Of a stretch of 64,000 bases of DNA, positions 39,630-52,620 are shown piece after piece. Below the pieces are notes generated by a model. It did not search any database. It was given only the letters and a program-made list of their open reading frames with translations, and was not told the DNA's origin. The translations under genes and the position numbers were made by a program. How positions within the stretch are numbered: position 1 is the stretch's first letter; each line of letters opens with the position of its first letter. The DNA is taken from positions 50,408,001-50,472,000 of the forward strand of contig NC_045707.1 in assembly GCF_009834535.1 (NCBI RefSeq), in the 5' to 3' direction. This stretch comes from Camelus ferus. Its lineage: Eukaryota.

Positions 39630-40249
39630 CTCAAAAAGACACATGCACTGCAATGTTCATAGCAGCACTATTTACAGTAGCCAAGACATGGAAGCAACCT
39701 TCAAGTCTATTGACAGATGACTGGATAAAGAAGATGTGGTATATAAATATATATACATACACACATACATACATACATACATACATATAATGGAATGTTA
39801 CTCAGACATAAAAAAAGAATGAAATAATGCCATTTGCAGCAACATGGATGGACCTAGAGATTATCATATTAAGGGTAGTAAGTCAGACAAAGACAAGTAT
39901 CATACTGATATCATTTATATGTGGAATCTAAAATAAGAGACAGGTGAATTTATTCACAAACTGGAAATAGATTCACAGGCATAGAAAACAAACTATGGTT
40001 ACCAATGGGGAAAGGAGTGGAGGAGGGAGGGATAAATTAGGAGTTTTGGATTAACATACACACAGTTAAACTAGGATCTATTGTATAGCACAGGGAACTG
40101 TATTCAATGTCTTGTAATAATCTATAATGGAAAAAATCTGAAAAAGAATATATATGTATATGTATAACTGAATCACCTTGCTGTAAAACTGAAACTAACA
40201 TGACATTGTAAATCAACAATACTTCAATAAAAATAAATTTAAAAAAAAA
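39630..40249 (+). mobile_element. 5'-truncated L1 (ORF2 C-terminus, 3' UTR, poly(A)) with an internal (TACA)n
   Basis: aaagacacatgcactgcaatgttcatagcagcactatttac...gccatttgcagcaacatggatggacctagaga...acattgtaaatcaacaatacttcaataaaa. Confidence 0.92.
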
Positions 40250-41239
40250 GAGCAGTTGAAGAAGAAAAAACGTAATGAAATTAGTATGTTCAAATTTGAA
40301 CAAGACTTGATCTCTGGGAAAAACTGTGCTGTGCCCCCAAAATAGACACAATGGTGAAATTTACAAAGAGGTCAGTTTAATACAAACTGGTTTCCATATG
40401 ATACAGTGGATGATAAACTTTTCGGCTTTTTCAGTTAAAAAAATAAATTTAATCACAGAAGTATAACATGTATCTCCTTTACACAGGAAAGATCCCCACT
40501 AAATCAGTTTAGTATCACCTTTATCGGGATGCAAGATTTAGGCTGCTCCCTACATATTTGATTTCCTCTATTAAGGGAAAGGGGGTGCTTATAAGTATCC
40601 AGGATTGTAACCTGACAGGCGGTGTACAAGAAATGAACATGAGCCACGCTCTAAGACAGGGCATCCTTGATGTTCCTCGCACAATGTGGCAGCAGGCACT
40701 CTTTCCTTGGCCATCCAAGCCAACCTCCTTCTATAGTTTTTTAAAAATTGCTCCTCCACCTTCTTGTTCTCCAATCTAATGGATCATCCCCAAGGTAAAA
40801 ACTCAGTCCTGAAAGAATGTCTCTTAGAAGGGAAACTGCATCTAGCAATGAGGTCGGCAATTTGTCTAAATCTTTATTTCGGTTTCAGGGTTCACTAGGG
40901 GGTATCAGGGCAAGAGAAAATGCACAGAAGAACAAGGCTAATATTTCAAGGTATGAACCTTCCACATGTGTTTTACACATCCTTGGGAGAGGACCAATTA
41001 CTATTAGAGTTGTCACCAAGGAAGAAGAGCATGGGCACAAACAAGATAGCCCAGGCCACCGGGCCACCCCAAGTTACAAGGACTTGGATATATGGGGAGG
41101 TGGAGTTAGAGACCTAATTTGGGCATGAAAGTAGGTGATGTGGTAAGGCTGCTCAGGGGGTGTTTGTGGGTAGGAATTTGAGAGAATTCAAAACAAGAAA
41201 TATAGCCTGGAAGGAAGGGTACTTGATTTTACATATAAT

Positions 41240-41420
41240 AAAACTAGCATTAGTTGAGCACAAAATGTCAAGCACTGTTCTGAATACATTCTATGTATTA
41301 AGTTATCTAATCCTCATCGTAATCCTCTAAGGGCAAGATATACCCACTTCACAAAGGAGATGTTGAGGCACAGAGTAAGTGGCAGAGGCAGGGCTCTGAA
41401 TTGAGGCCCCAGATCTCAAA
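41240..41420 (-). mobile_element. MIR SINE
   Basis: atgtcaagcactgttctgaa...atctaatcctcatcgtaatcctct...gaggcacagagtaagtggcagaggc. Confidence 0.65.
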
Positions 41421-42974
41421 ATCATTACCCTGTGATCCCAGTAAATCGAAGTATGAGAAATTGGATAATTTTTGAGGTCCTCCTTCTCTCACTGATTCCG
41501 GTGAGGGCACATCATTAATAAACCATGTGACTGTAGTTTCTCCTTGTATAATTTATTTTGCATGGCTGACCTTAGGGTCTGGAGGACACTGTGGACAGGG
41601 AGATGTTAGAAACTCAGATGTCCTTATCTGATGCTATGAGCAAGCTAACTCACAACTGGAGCCCTCTGAGCAGCCTACTGCTTAGATTTCCCTCCTTGCC
41701 CTTCACATCATCCTGGGGAGTTGGGTCTGCCTACAGGGGGAAAAGACCAGGGGTCACACTGCTTACTGGAAATTTCATGTAAGTAAACTGGTTGACTGAA
41801 CACATGACAGAATCAAAATGCAACATTCTTTTTATCTTTCGCCATTCTTTTATATTCTATACAGTGAAGGCAATCTTTCCCTGCCTCTGGATGAAAACTC
41901 CAGAAGAGCCCATGGTTTCTGTTCATTCTTAGTTAATAAACTAATTGACTATTTTGACAATGGTCTATTTAAGTTGCAAACAACATAAAATCAGTATTTT
42001 GAATGTCAAGCCCCATATTAGTTAAAACTTCAGTGGATCCCTATGATCTGAAAGAGAACATCTCACATTTTCTTCAGAGAAGCATTCCTAATGGCAAAAG
42101 AAGGAAAAATGTGTATTCTGATGGAGAGGCAGGAGCTTACACTTGGCATAGGTTTTGGGAATGTAGCCATTGGGTTGAATATAGCTGGTGAAGTTTTTCT
42201 TTGGTATTTTTTACTTTAATTATTTAACAGTTATATCAGTTTTTCACTAACTTCAGTAATGCATCAGTATGAAAGAGTGTTAAAATGTTTAAAATTATTT
42301 CCTGGGAAAATGACTATACTTCTCTTTTTCATACCTCCCTGAGCTCTGAGTAGAGTTCGTAGTTAAGGAAAACACCTCACGTTGATCCCATGGTGCTTAC
42401 TGGAGGCAGGCTAAGCCTACAGAATCCACATTCAAAACCATGCCGTTAAAAAATGTCCAAGCATCAAGCACATATGTCAAACTTCCACATCTGTTTAAAG
42501 TCTGTATAGACACATAGACATGTTACATAACTTTCTATACTTTTTTATGTTTGAAATGTTTCATATTTATAAAACACAAACAAAATTTTAAAAAAGAAAA
42601 ATTTATAGTCTCATTGCCACCTATGAATCCAAATCCTCCTCCTTACACTTTTTTTTTAGCGATTCCTGAACTGAATGTGCAGATTTCTGATTTTAAATCT
42701 TAACTTACTCCATCCCCCAGCAGGAAATTTCTTCTTTTCATTTCATGTTTCTCTGAGTCCCACTCTTTCTGATGAATTTAAATTTCATTGCCCAAAGAAA
42801 ACCATGCCAAATATCCTCATTCCTCAATTAATCACACCCCCTTTCTTCTAAATAGCTGAAATATCTGCATCCTGGTCTATTCGTACATTCCAATCTGCTT
42901 TTCATAGGCATTATCTTTTTCCTGATGTCCCCTTTCCTCCTCAGGCAGTTGGTTAAGTACCAGAGTAGGCATTT

Positions 42975-43012
42975 AAAAAGTATTTGCTAGAAAAAAAAAA
43001 AGTATTTGCTAG
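42975..43012 (+). mobile_element. Poly(A)-only retrotransposition footprint
   Basis: TT|aaaaagtatttgctag - A6 - aaaaagtatttgctag: a 16-bp direct repeat starting at an L1 endonuclease site. Confidence 0.7.
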
Positions 43013-43859
43013 GAAAAATAACTGAAGGACATGAGAAAACAAGTTCCTCAAACTTTAAGCTGTATCAATTGCTTTCATGAAAATAGGTGGATGATGGTTC
43101 TTATTAGTCAATCTAACTTCCCAGATGAGTCACTGCATGAAACCATGTAAATTTACCTTGGGAAGAGAACTTATTTCTCTATTTTCAGTTTCAAATTTCT
43201 ATGTGGTTTGTTCACTCATTCAGTCACTTAAGAAATATTTTTGAGTGCCTATACTGCCCAGATACTATTCTTGTTGTTAGGACATAGCTATATGCAAAAC
43301 AGATGATGCTGATGGTGGTGTTGGTGATGTGATGATGATAAAGAAAGCCCACTTGGTCCATTTGGGTGTGGTAATAAACATTTCCCATCAGTTGTACCTT
43401 ACCTAGAGCACTTGGTGTGAATCTGGGCATATTGAAGGGTTTCTGGTGGTAGAACTCTAAGCAATTTGTTGATCAGGTGTGATCAGAGGGTAGGCACATT
43501 GAGGTTGATGGCTGGTCATCAGGAACAAGAGCTACCTCCTTAACATTCTAGATAGTGATGGGGTAGGAACACTTAGGAGAGTGTCTGGTTAAGTTTAATG
43601 AGAATGGATAATGTTAAATGCAGGGCACAGATTTGTATCCTGGAGCAGACCCCAGTAAGACTATGCCCAGATTCAAGGAGAGAAAGTTTCATGATAAAGT
43701 AAAAGCAAACTGTAAGAATCATATCAAGAGATAAAATAAGAGTCAGAGCAAAAGCAGCTGTGATGTGCATCCCCAGTAATAGAATATCCAGTGTAAAACA
43801 ATGCCTTCTAATGCAGAGTTTGGGTTTTAAAGCTGTTTTAAAACTTTTGCATTTGTTAA

Positions 43860-44545
43860 CAACTGTTGATGAAGTTGTATAGAAATTGGAATCCTCATAC
43901 ACTGCTGGTAAGAAAGTAAAACAATGCAGTTGCTATGGAAAATAGTTTGGTGGTTTCTCAAAAAGTTAAATATATGATTGCCATATGATCCAGCAATTCC
44001 ACCCCTAAACCCAAAAGAACTGAAAATAGGAACTCAAACAGATACTTTATGCAAATGTTCACTGCAGCATTATTCATAATAGCCAAAAAGTGGAAGCAAC
44101 CAAAGTCTATCAACATAAATGGATAAATAAAAGGTGGTAGATACATATAATGGAATATTATTCAGCCATAAAAAGGAATGAAGTTCTGATACATGCTACA
44201 ACATAGACAAATCATGAAAATATGCTAATTGAAATGAGGCCAGAAACAAAGGGACAAGTATTATATGGTTCAATTTATTTGAACCATCTTAGACAAATTG
44301 ATAGAGACAAAAAGCAGTTAGAGTTTATCAGACACTAGAGGGAGGGGCAATGGGGAGTTACAGCTTAAATGGGTAAAGAGATCCTATTTGGGGTGATGAA
44401 AAATATTTTTAAATAGATAGTGGTGATGGTTGCACAACATCATGAATTTAATTAATGCCAGTAATTGTACACTTAAAAATGATGAAAATGGAAAATTTTA
44501 TGTTAGATATAACTTACCACAATAAAAAAGAATTAAAATATTCAA
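43860..44545 (+). mobile_element. L1MB-type 3' end
   Basis: gaaattggaatcctcatacactgctgg...ccatatgatccagcaattccac...atagatagtggtgatggttgcacaacatc...taccacaataaaaa. Confidence 0.9.
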
Positions 44546-45164
44546 AAAATATTTTTGCATTTATATACAGATTATGTATATGCATATGAATACTTACCAT
44601 GTGTATGCCAATATATATGTGAAGAATTATAACTGCATGGAAAATGCTTATGATGTAATGCAAGAAGAAGAGATCAGGATGCAAAACTCTTTATACAGTC
44701 AGATCTCATTAAAATTATTCACAAGTGCACCTTAACAACTGCATAGGAGTTCATCATTTGAATGTGATCTGATAACCTTTTCAGAAAGAATGGAGCTGCT
44801 CTTAATACGTTCAGAAAATTCTCCCTAATACAAAACGATGGAAGCTTGTCTACTTATTTTCTCCTTCTGACCATAATCTCATTTCTCTTTCTAGCACTTT
44901 CCAACATCCAGAGCATATAATCAGGAACCTACTGCTTCTGCCTACAGAGGTTTTAGAACTGGATCTAATAATCAATAAATATTCAGAATATTAGCATCAA
45001 TATTCTGAAGGTGAAATGAGAAAATGTAGAGAGCCACAAACTTCCTTTAAATAATTAGAGCTTCAAAAGCTAAAATCCTGCAGTGCTGGATACAATAGTA
45101 GGATACATTTCTCTCGGCAATTGCATGTTAGAGTCATAATTAAATATCTCCTTAGTCCTGAACT

Positions 45165-45352
45165 CTGCGACTCCCCAAAACCAGTGCATGGATCCAAGTG
45201 GCTGTATTAAGACACCTTGGGAACAGCTTTAAAAAAAAAAAGCAGCAGCAGCTTCCTGGGCCCTGATTCAGAAGTCTAGAGTGGGGCCTAGAAATCTGTA
45301 TTTTACCAAGTTTCCCACGTGGTTCTGATGAGTAACCAGGTTTGGGAACTGC
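45165..45352. mobile_element. MER5A/B hAT-Charlie element
   Basis: ctgattcagaagtctagagtggggcctagaaatctgtattttaccaag...gtttgggaactgctg. Confidence 0.8.
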
Positions 45353-47529
45353 TGCCCTGGGAGCTGTAGTGTAACACAGTTATTCCCTGGCAGCCAGAAA
45401 GTAAGAACGAAAGGTGGATCTTGATTTATTGTGTGAAATCCAATAGATTCCCCAGAGAGATTCTCCCTGGAAGACATTTAAAAAATCTATTTCAAGACAG
45501 TTATTTCCCTGGAGTGTTTTGATTGTCATTCTAAAGCCGTGGTAGAGATCTGATGAACTTTGCGGGTCACTTCCAACTGTCCAGTTTTATAAAAAAATGC
45601 CCGGTTCTGTAAATGTTGCAATGATCTTTAGAAAAAGATTTTCCCTCTAGAAGAGAGTGCATTTACTTCACACACATTAAGCTAAGCGATCATGACACTT
45701 TCACACCCCTGAGCACATTTAGTTCTTGATACAGAATGAGACATTTGGATTGTTCTAGGCACATAAAGACACTGGGGATTTTATTGCAGCTTTCATTTCT
45801 CAAAAAATCTATATTCCACATAAAACTAATATTTATTTCCTTCTTTTTGTAGATAACTTGCTTTGTAAAGGATATATAACAATTTCCCCAATTTGACACA
45901 AGAAATGACTTGTTTTGAACAAATGCCTCATTCTAACATGATCTTGTGTTCCTCTCTTTCAATTTCTTCCTATTAATTTTTTTTACAAAAAATTATTTTA
46001 ACCCAAGATTTAATGTATTTTATAATATACAATGGACTCTGGCCCAAATTTTCAGCCTTCGTAAGACCGTACCTTAGAGGAATTATTATTGTAGTGGAAA
46101 GTTGATCTTTTTGTCTGGACACCACCTTTATGTGCCCTGGGATTCTGCTATTATCCAATACAAGTGGTTCTGGTGAGGAATCTGTCAATCACCATGTCTG
46201 CTTCTTTGTTCTTATGTGTGAACATGTGATCCCAGGTGGACTATTTTTAATAGCCTATCCCTTCCAGAAGCAGTGATTGGCTTAGACATGAGCATGTGCC
46301 CTAAGAAAGACTAATCATGTGCTGGATGATAGAATCCCGCCCCCTCCTTCCCTTCTGTGTTTGCTAAAATGGAAGAATATGACTCTGGGTCAATTAGAAG
46401 CAGTTTTTCCCACCAAGCAATAAGAGTTTGTTTACATAAGGAAGTATGTATTTAGAAAGAGGCAGAGAAGAGGGATGGGGAAAGACTTATGACATTCTGG
46501 ATCTAATTATGCTGACTTTCGAACTTCCAGATGTTATGTTCCTGAATTTCTTCTTGGAGCACTGGGTTTAACAAGAATTAAGTTGTAAAAAACCCCAAAA
46601 AACAAAAACCCCTAATACAAGTATTCTCTCCATTTTCCAGATGAGTAGATGAGCAAATTGAAGCTCAGAAAAGTTAAGTAACTTGATTTAGCCAGTGAGT
46701 AAACCAGACTAAAACTCATGTCCTAATACTCTAAATCCTGTGTATTTTTTTTACTACCTTGATCTTTAGCATCTCCTGAAGAGGTCTGACACTCAGGGGA
46801 AAAGAACATGATGTAGGAAACAGATCAAATGTGGCTAGCTGAGGAGGATATGATACCAAAATACTGAATTTGCTGAACTGCTTTTTATTCAAATTTACAG
46901 AGATCTTTGCATAAATTGGAAGAACCTAGTGTGTCAAACATAAAAAATGAACCTACTAAGTACCAAAAATAAAATTAGAATTTAAATTTTATATTATCCG
47001 AAGATAAGCACATTTCATTCAAGAGCTCTTCAGTATTTTAAGAAAGTTTTGTTAAATCATGAGGAGTAGTAAATCACAGCTACAAACTCTACCATAACAT
47101 ACAAATCTACCATAATATTTTACCTTGAAGGCTAGTGGATGTATCTTGCTTCAACTTAGAATTTTAGAAATGGCAGGACCTGATAACCTACACTCAAAAT
47201 GGCAGGCTAGACTGGACAATCAAAACCTATGATTATGGTATTTTCCAATCAGACAAAGTAAAATTTATCATCTAGTGACAGATCAAAGGTTGTCTCCTCA
47301 GGGTTCCATTGTACCTGGAAGTGTTCTTTGATTGTTCCCTCCTATTCCTAATCTATTCCTGTCCTCCTTTGACAAAATGCTGTCCCATAAGAAAGAGTCT
47401 GAAGACCATGATGTTTAAAATTTGTGTATTCAAGAAAGTGCTAAAGGAAATAAAATTGAATGCAAGAGAGAAACAAATCTCTAAACATGACTGAATGCAT
47501 GCTATAACTAACCTTTGGATTTATTTTCC

Positions 47530-48720
47530 TCTATTAATAAATATGTTTAAAATTTAAGATGTAACAATTGATATATAAAAATCACAGTAATATTTATATA
47601 ATAGTAAAAAAATGTATCATAGTAATAAAATAAATACCTGAAAATCCTCAGCTGATCAACCCTTGGAGCCGAGTGATTCTGCCCAAACTCATCTCCATGC
47701 TTCCTTCCTCAGAGGTCACTACTTTCCTGAATTAATTCCCTTACATTTCTAAAAAGTAGTATAGTTTTTTAAAATTATTTTTCCCTAACAATATATTGTT
47801 TGGTTTTTCTTGAGTTTGAGCAATGTAGTATTTGTGTCATGCTATAGGTAGTCCTCTGTGACTTATTTTATTTCACATTATGTTTCTAAAATGTATTCAT
47901 GTTTACAAAGAGCTATATAGTTCATTCATTTTTAGTCTGTATAATATTCCATTGTATGATTATTGTATAATTCATTTAGTCTTTTTCCTGTCATTGGAAA
48001 TTTGAGTTTTTTCCCCATTTTTTTGCATATATGAATGATAATGTCATAAATGTTCTTATTCAATTCTCTTGTTATACATGTGCAAGAATTTTTTTAGGGT
48101 GCATACCTAAGAGAGGACCTGTTTGGCTTTTGGGTATAGAATATTAAACTTAACATGAAGGTGTCAAACTCTTTCCCAAAGTGATTACATCAATTCACAC
48201 TCCTACCCGCAGTGTATAAGTATTCACTGATTCAATTCCTTACTGATATTGGGCAATGTCAGACCTGAAGTTTTGTACATTTAGTGGTTATAAATTCGTA
48301 TATTATTGTAGTCTTAATTTGCATCTCTGTGATTACTAATAAAGTTGAACATTTTTTTCATGTGTGTATACAGTATTTGTGATTCTCACCTGTGAAATAC
48401 CTGTTTGTGACTTTTTCCCATTTTTTTTTTCTCTTGAGTTGTTTGACTTTTTTCTTATTTTTTGTAGGTATTTTGAAAACACATTCTGGCTTCTATTCCC
48501 TTATTGATTCTATGTGTTGCAAGTATCTTCCTCAAGTTTATAACATTTCCTTTTTCCTTTCTCTCTGATGTCTTTAAGAACAGCTTTATTAAATTGTAGT
48601 ATGGTCAAATTTATCTGTATTTTCCTTTATGACACATGCTTTTTTGTCTTAAAAAATTCACTGAATAAATCTTTTATATTTTCTTCGAAACATTTCAAAG
48701 TTTTATTTCTTGCATTTCAA
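47530..48720 (-). mobile_element. Old L1ME/MD fragment
   Basis: ataatattccattgtatg...gggtgcatacctaagagagg...tcttaatttgcatctctgtgattactaat. Confidence 0.8.
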
Positions 48721-49103
48721 CCTGGGCTTGTTTTTGGTTTTGTTTTGTTTTGTGTTTTGCTTTTTTCCCCTACAGAGAATTCTAAGGATAAGGGAGGGAC
48801 TGGGAACACACACTGTCTGATCAACGTGCAGAAATAATTACTCACTGTCTGTTGAGATCATATAGCCTGTGAAAATCCGCAGGGATAAACCTCTTCACTG
48901 TGAGCTCTTTTAAGAATGGGCTGTCTGCTGTGGATTGCTCGTGTATCCTCAGCATTTACATCCGAACCCGCACATAGTAGGCATGTGTATTATTAGTATG
49001 TGTGTGATATAGGAATTAAGACAATTTAGAAAATACGAAGTTTAAAAAAAACCTAGACAATCATTGCTAACAATTAGGTATTTATCTTTCTAGATCTTAA
49101 AAA

Positions 49104-49107
<4 letters not shown>

Positions 49108-49134
<27 letters not shown>

Positions 49135-49180
49135 CAAATATGTACACATACACATGCACACACACGTGCACACACACATA
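49108..49180. repeat. (TA)n / (CA)n microsatellite inside an old antisense L1 fragment (about 49050-49530)
   Basis: Direct. Confidence 0.9.
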
Positions 49181-49961
49181 TAGTTTTTTTAGTGTACATG
49201 GGATCTTATTTTTGTTCTAGTTCTCTTACTCTTCTCCCCCCAACTTAATGTGTATGGGAAATCATTCCATGTCCATATTTAGAATTCTGTAGCATTCTAT
49301 TCTACAGCTGCATAGCATTCCGTAGTATGAATGTCTCATAATGTTCAAATCATTTCCCTATTAGTGGAAATTTTCATTCTTACAAACAATGCTGCCTTGT
49401 ACAATCCTTGACTATAAATGTTGACACCTGTATATGTTTTTCTATAGCTCAGAGTCCTGGAAATGGGGCTGTTGCATCCAAAGTATATGTGTGTTTGAAA
49501 TTTCATATAAATATCCTCAAATTTGTTATGCAGACAAAGGCCTTGTCTCATGAATTAAGGTCAGTGAGAAATATTGAAATTGGTATGCTTTTTGAGAGGG
49601 TATTTAACATGATTCCAAATTATGAGGCCAATTGCTTTCCAATTATTTGTACACCTACTAGGTACTGTTCTCGTGTGCTGGCCTGAAAAGCTGGCAAACA
49701 GAAGCACAGCGGGGCTTCTTTCTTTTTCTTTTTTCCCCTATGGGGAATTCTAAGGAGGAGGAAGAGCCTGGAGCACTGTTTCTGAGCTCTCTCTATGGAT
49801 TCAACTGGTTCACAGAGGAAATCTTGAAGTGTCCATTTCTTATACATGCCTATCTTTCATAGTAGTACATGAAAAAGGGTGTGTGTGTGTGAACAGAAAT
49901 TAATACATATTTATTATAGAAAATATTTTAAAATGCAGAAAAGTATTAAGAACATTGAAAC

Positions 49962-50455
49962 TGTGAACCAAAATACTGCAATGTGAATGAAAATACTGCA
50001 ACCATATCAGTAAACAAAGAATGCTGAAACCAAGTCATTAGCAGCGGCCCTCACCCCCCAGTGAGGACAGGCCTGCAGCCCAGCCTCTGCAGCCACTCAC
50101 AATGGTGCACCCTGAGGGGACTCAGAATAAGAAAGGACAGGATACTGGCCCTAGATAGCTAGGTGCTTGTCAAAGGAATGAATTCAGTGAGCCCAAATGT
50201 TTGCTTCCTCCCATACATAGAAAAGCACTAAATTCTTTAACTAGAGATGCCTGTTTTTCTTTAGGTAACAAGCAATCTTTTATTGTTCCAACTATCTGGT
50301 CTTTGTTGTAAAGCTCCAATATATCCTAGCTCCTCCCCTACCTCTTCGGAGCAGTCCCTCAGAGCAATCTGAGAGGCTGTCATCCCGGCTCGAGTCCTCC
50401 CGCCAAATAAAACATAATTCTTAACTTTTAGGCTGTGCATTTATTTCATTCGACA
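49962..50455 (+). mobile_element. ERV1-class solo LTR
   Basis: TG...CA termini, TATA-like aatatat, AATAAA near 50406, end ttttaggctgtgcatttatttcattcgaca, 4-bp flanks aaac/aaat. Confidence 0.8.
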
Positions 50456-50849
50456 AAATCAACTACAGTTGCATGAGCCAGAGATAACCAACACTAATAT
50501 GTTAGTGTATAGCTTATCAGATATATTCAGTTTTTTAAACACAACTGGGACTGTACTATAACACTGTTTTGCAATCTGTTTTACCCCTCCACTTAAAAAT
50601 ATATTATGAAATTTCTGCTATATTAATGTGGTGTCACTGCAGTATATGAGGAATTAAAACTTTCAGCTGACAATTTACAAATGGCTCTCTGGTGCTTCAA
50701 ATTCCGTGCCCTTAATATGCAAATAACATTAATAGCTGCACTTAAGTTCGGATGACCTAAGGCTGAGAATTCCCACCTGTGTGTATTTTATCTGTCACTA
50801 ATTAGAATAGGTAAATCTTATAAAGTCCCCACTATATACTAAATGCTTT

Positions 50850-51040
50850 GTAAAGCTCTTGACAAGTATATTATTTTAATTGTTACGACTATCTTCAGGA
50901 GTAGGTATCATCAACATTTTGCAGAAGAGAGAACCGAGATTCAGAGAGAATAAAAAACTTGCTCAAGGGCACTTGGCCAGCAAATGGTGGGGTTTGAATT
51001 AGAATCCAGGTCTATCTGCCTGTAAAATTGCTGCTTTTCT
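50850..51040 (-). mobile_element. MIR SINE
   Basis: cattttgcagaagagagaaccgagattcagaga...acttgctcaagggcac. Confidence 0.7.
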
Positions 51041-51224
51041 AACAATCTTGCTGTTTTGGTCACCGATAACATTTTCACGTGTCGCTTTTGTACTCAAAGT
51101 CCCTGCTTTACGCTCAGTTCGTGATAAGCTTGAGTGATTTCTAAGGGAAATTAAGGAATATTCACCAGTTTTTCTAACTACAGAACAGAGTTGAAGTACA
51201 TGTGTTTGTTCCCTTTTCTCTTTC

Positions 51225-51468
51225 TTTCTTTTTCTTTTCTTTTTTTTTTTACTTTTTAAAAATTGAAGTATAGTCAGTTTACAACGTTGTGTCAAGTTTC
51301 TGGTGTGTATACAGCACCATGCTTCAGTCATACGAAGGGAGTTTGAGATTTGCAGATACTGACTGGTATATATAAAATAAACAAACAGGTTTATACTGTA
51401 TAGTGCAGGGAGCTATATTTGATATCTTATAGTAGCTTACGGTGATAAAGAATATGAAAACGAATATA
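51225..51468 (-). mobile_element. Short L1 with a 5' inversion (twin priming)
   Basis: Poly(T) plus antisense L1 terminus to 51333, then sense-strand upstream L1 3' UTR at 51334-51468. Confidence 0.88.
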
Positions 51469-51704
51469 CTTATAGTCTCTTTTCATTAATGGAAACAGAG
51501 CCCTTTGTGTGGAATGAGCAGAGAACTCCTGTGACACCTGAAACTAGAGCACCATCTGTTGGCCACAGAGTTCTAGGCATCCAATACAGGAAAACTGACG
51601 AAGCTTATCATCACCATTGCTTTCCTCAACAAAGAAAATACTGTTAACAGCAATCTTGGACCTAATGCAAAGGGAAGTTAGGCACTAATAGTACTAGTCC
51701 TGAT

Positions 51705-52260
51705 TTTAAAAAAAATATATTGAGGTGAGATTTATATAACATAAAATTACCATTTTAAAGGGAAGAATTCAGAGGCACTTTGTACATTCACAATGTTGTG
51801 TAACCACCACCTCTATCTAGTTCCAAATCATTTCCATCACTCCTAAGTAAAACTCATTACTCATTAAGCAGTTTTCCCTGATACCCTCTCCTCCACAGCC
51901 CTTAGAAACCACCAACTTGCATTCTGCCTCTACGGATTTATCTATTCTGGATATTTCATGTACACGGAATGACAGAGTATGTGACGTTTTGCAATGGGCT
52001 TCTTTCTCTTAGCATAATATTTTGGAGGTTCATCCACGTTGTAGCATGTATCAGTATTTCATTCCTTTTTATGACAATAATATACCAGTCTATGTATATA
52101 TCACAACTTGTTTATCCAGTCACCTGTCAATGAACATTGGGACTGTTTCCACCTTTTGGCAATTGTGAATTGTGCTGCTGTGAATATGAGTGTCTACGTA
52201 CTGTTTGAGTATCTGTTTTCAATTCTTTTGGGGAAATACCTAGGAATGGAATCGCATTAC
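51705..52260 (-). mobile_element. L1MB-type 3' end
   Basis: tacattcacaatgttgtgtaaccaccacctctatctagttccaaa...ggaaatacctaggaatggaatcgc; flanks cctgattttaa / cttgattttaa. Confidence 0.9.
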
Positions 52261-52439
52261 CCTTGATTTTAAGATGAAGAAATGGATGAGAAGTACCTGA
52301 CAGTGGAGCTAAAGTTGTTGTTTGATGCAAAGTAAAACAAATTATTTCAACAGAAGAAAAAAAGAATCATTAATGGATCTAAGAATGAACATTTTCTCAT
52401 GTGTGTTTTTCAGTGATATTATCTGCCACAGTAATTAAT

Positions 52440-52620
52440 TTAAAAGTGTCAGCATTACCTGAGGTGATTGTTTTAAAATGCAGCTTCGGCTCCACTGCAG
52501 TCCCCATTTTGATTTAGAGGTTTGGGTGTGGGAAGAATCTGTCGTTTTAAGAAGCTCTCTGTCATCCTGTGTGAGGGTCCCTGAAACCACACTTTGAGAA
52601 ACACTGGTTCACCACTCTCT
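52440..52620. mobile_element. MER5B-like element followed by a MIR (about 52625-52770)
   Basis: cattacctgaggtgattgttttaaaatgcag...aaccacactttgagaaacactgg. Confidence 0.65.

Noticed and set aside
40888..40949. Possible plus-strand exon (tttcag|GGTTCA...TTCAAG|gtatga)
   Set aside because: 62 nt with plausible splice sites, but no recognisable peptide and no partner exons.
47081..47118. About 19-bp imperfect tandem duplication (tacaaactctaccataaca / tacaaatctaccataata)
   Set aside because: Ordinary local slippage; similar ones occur near 2913, 4440 and 56295.
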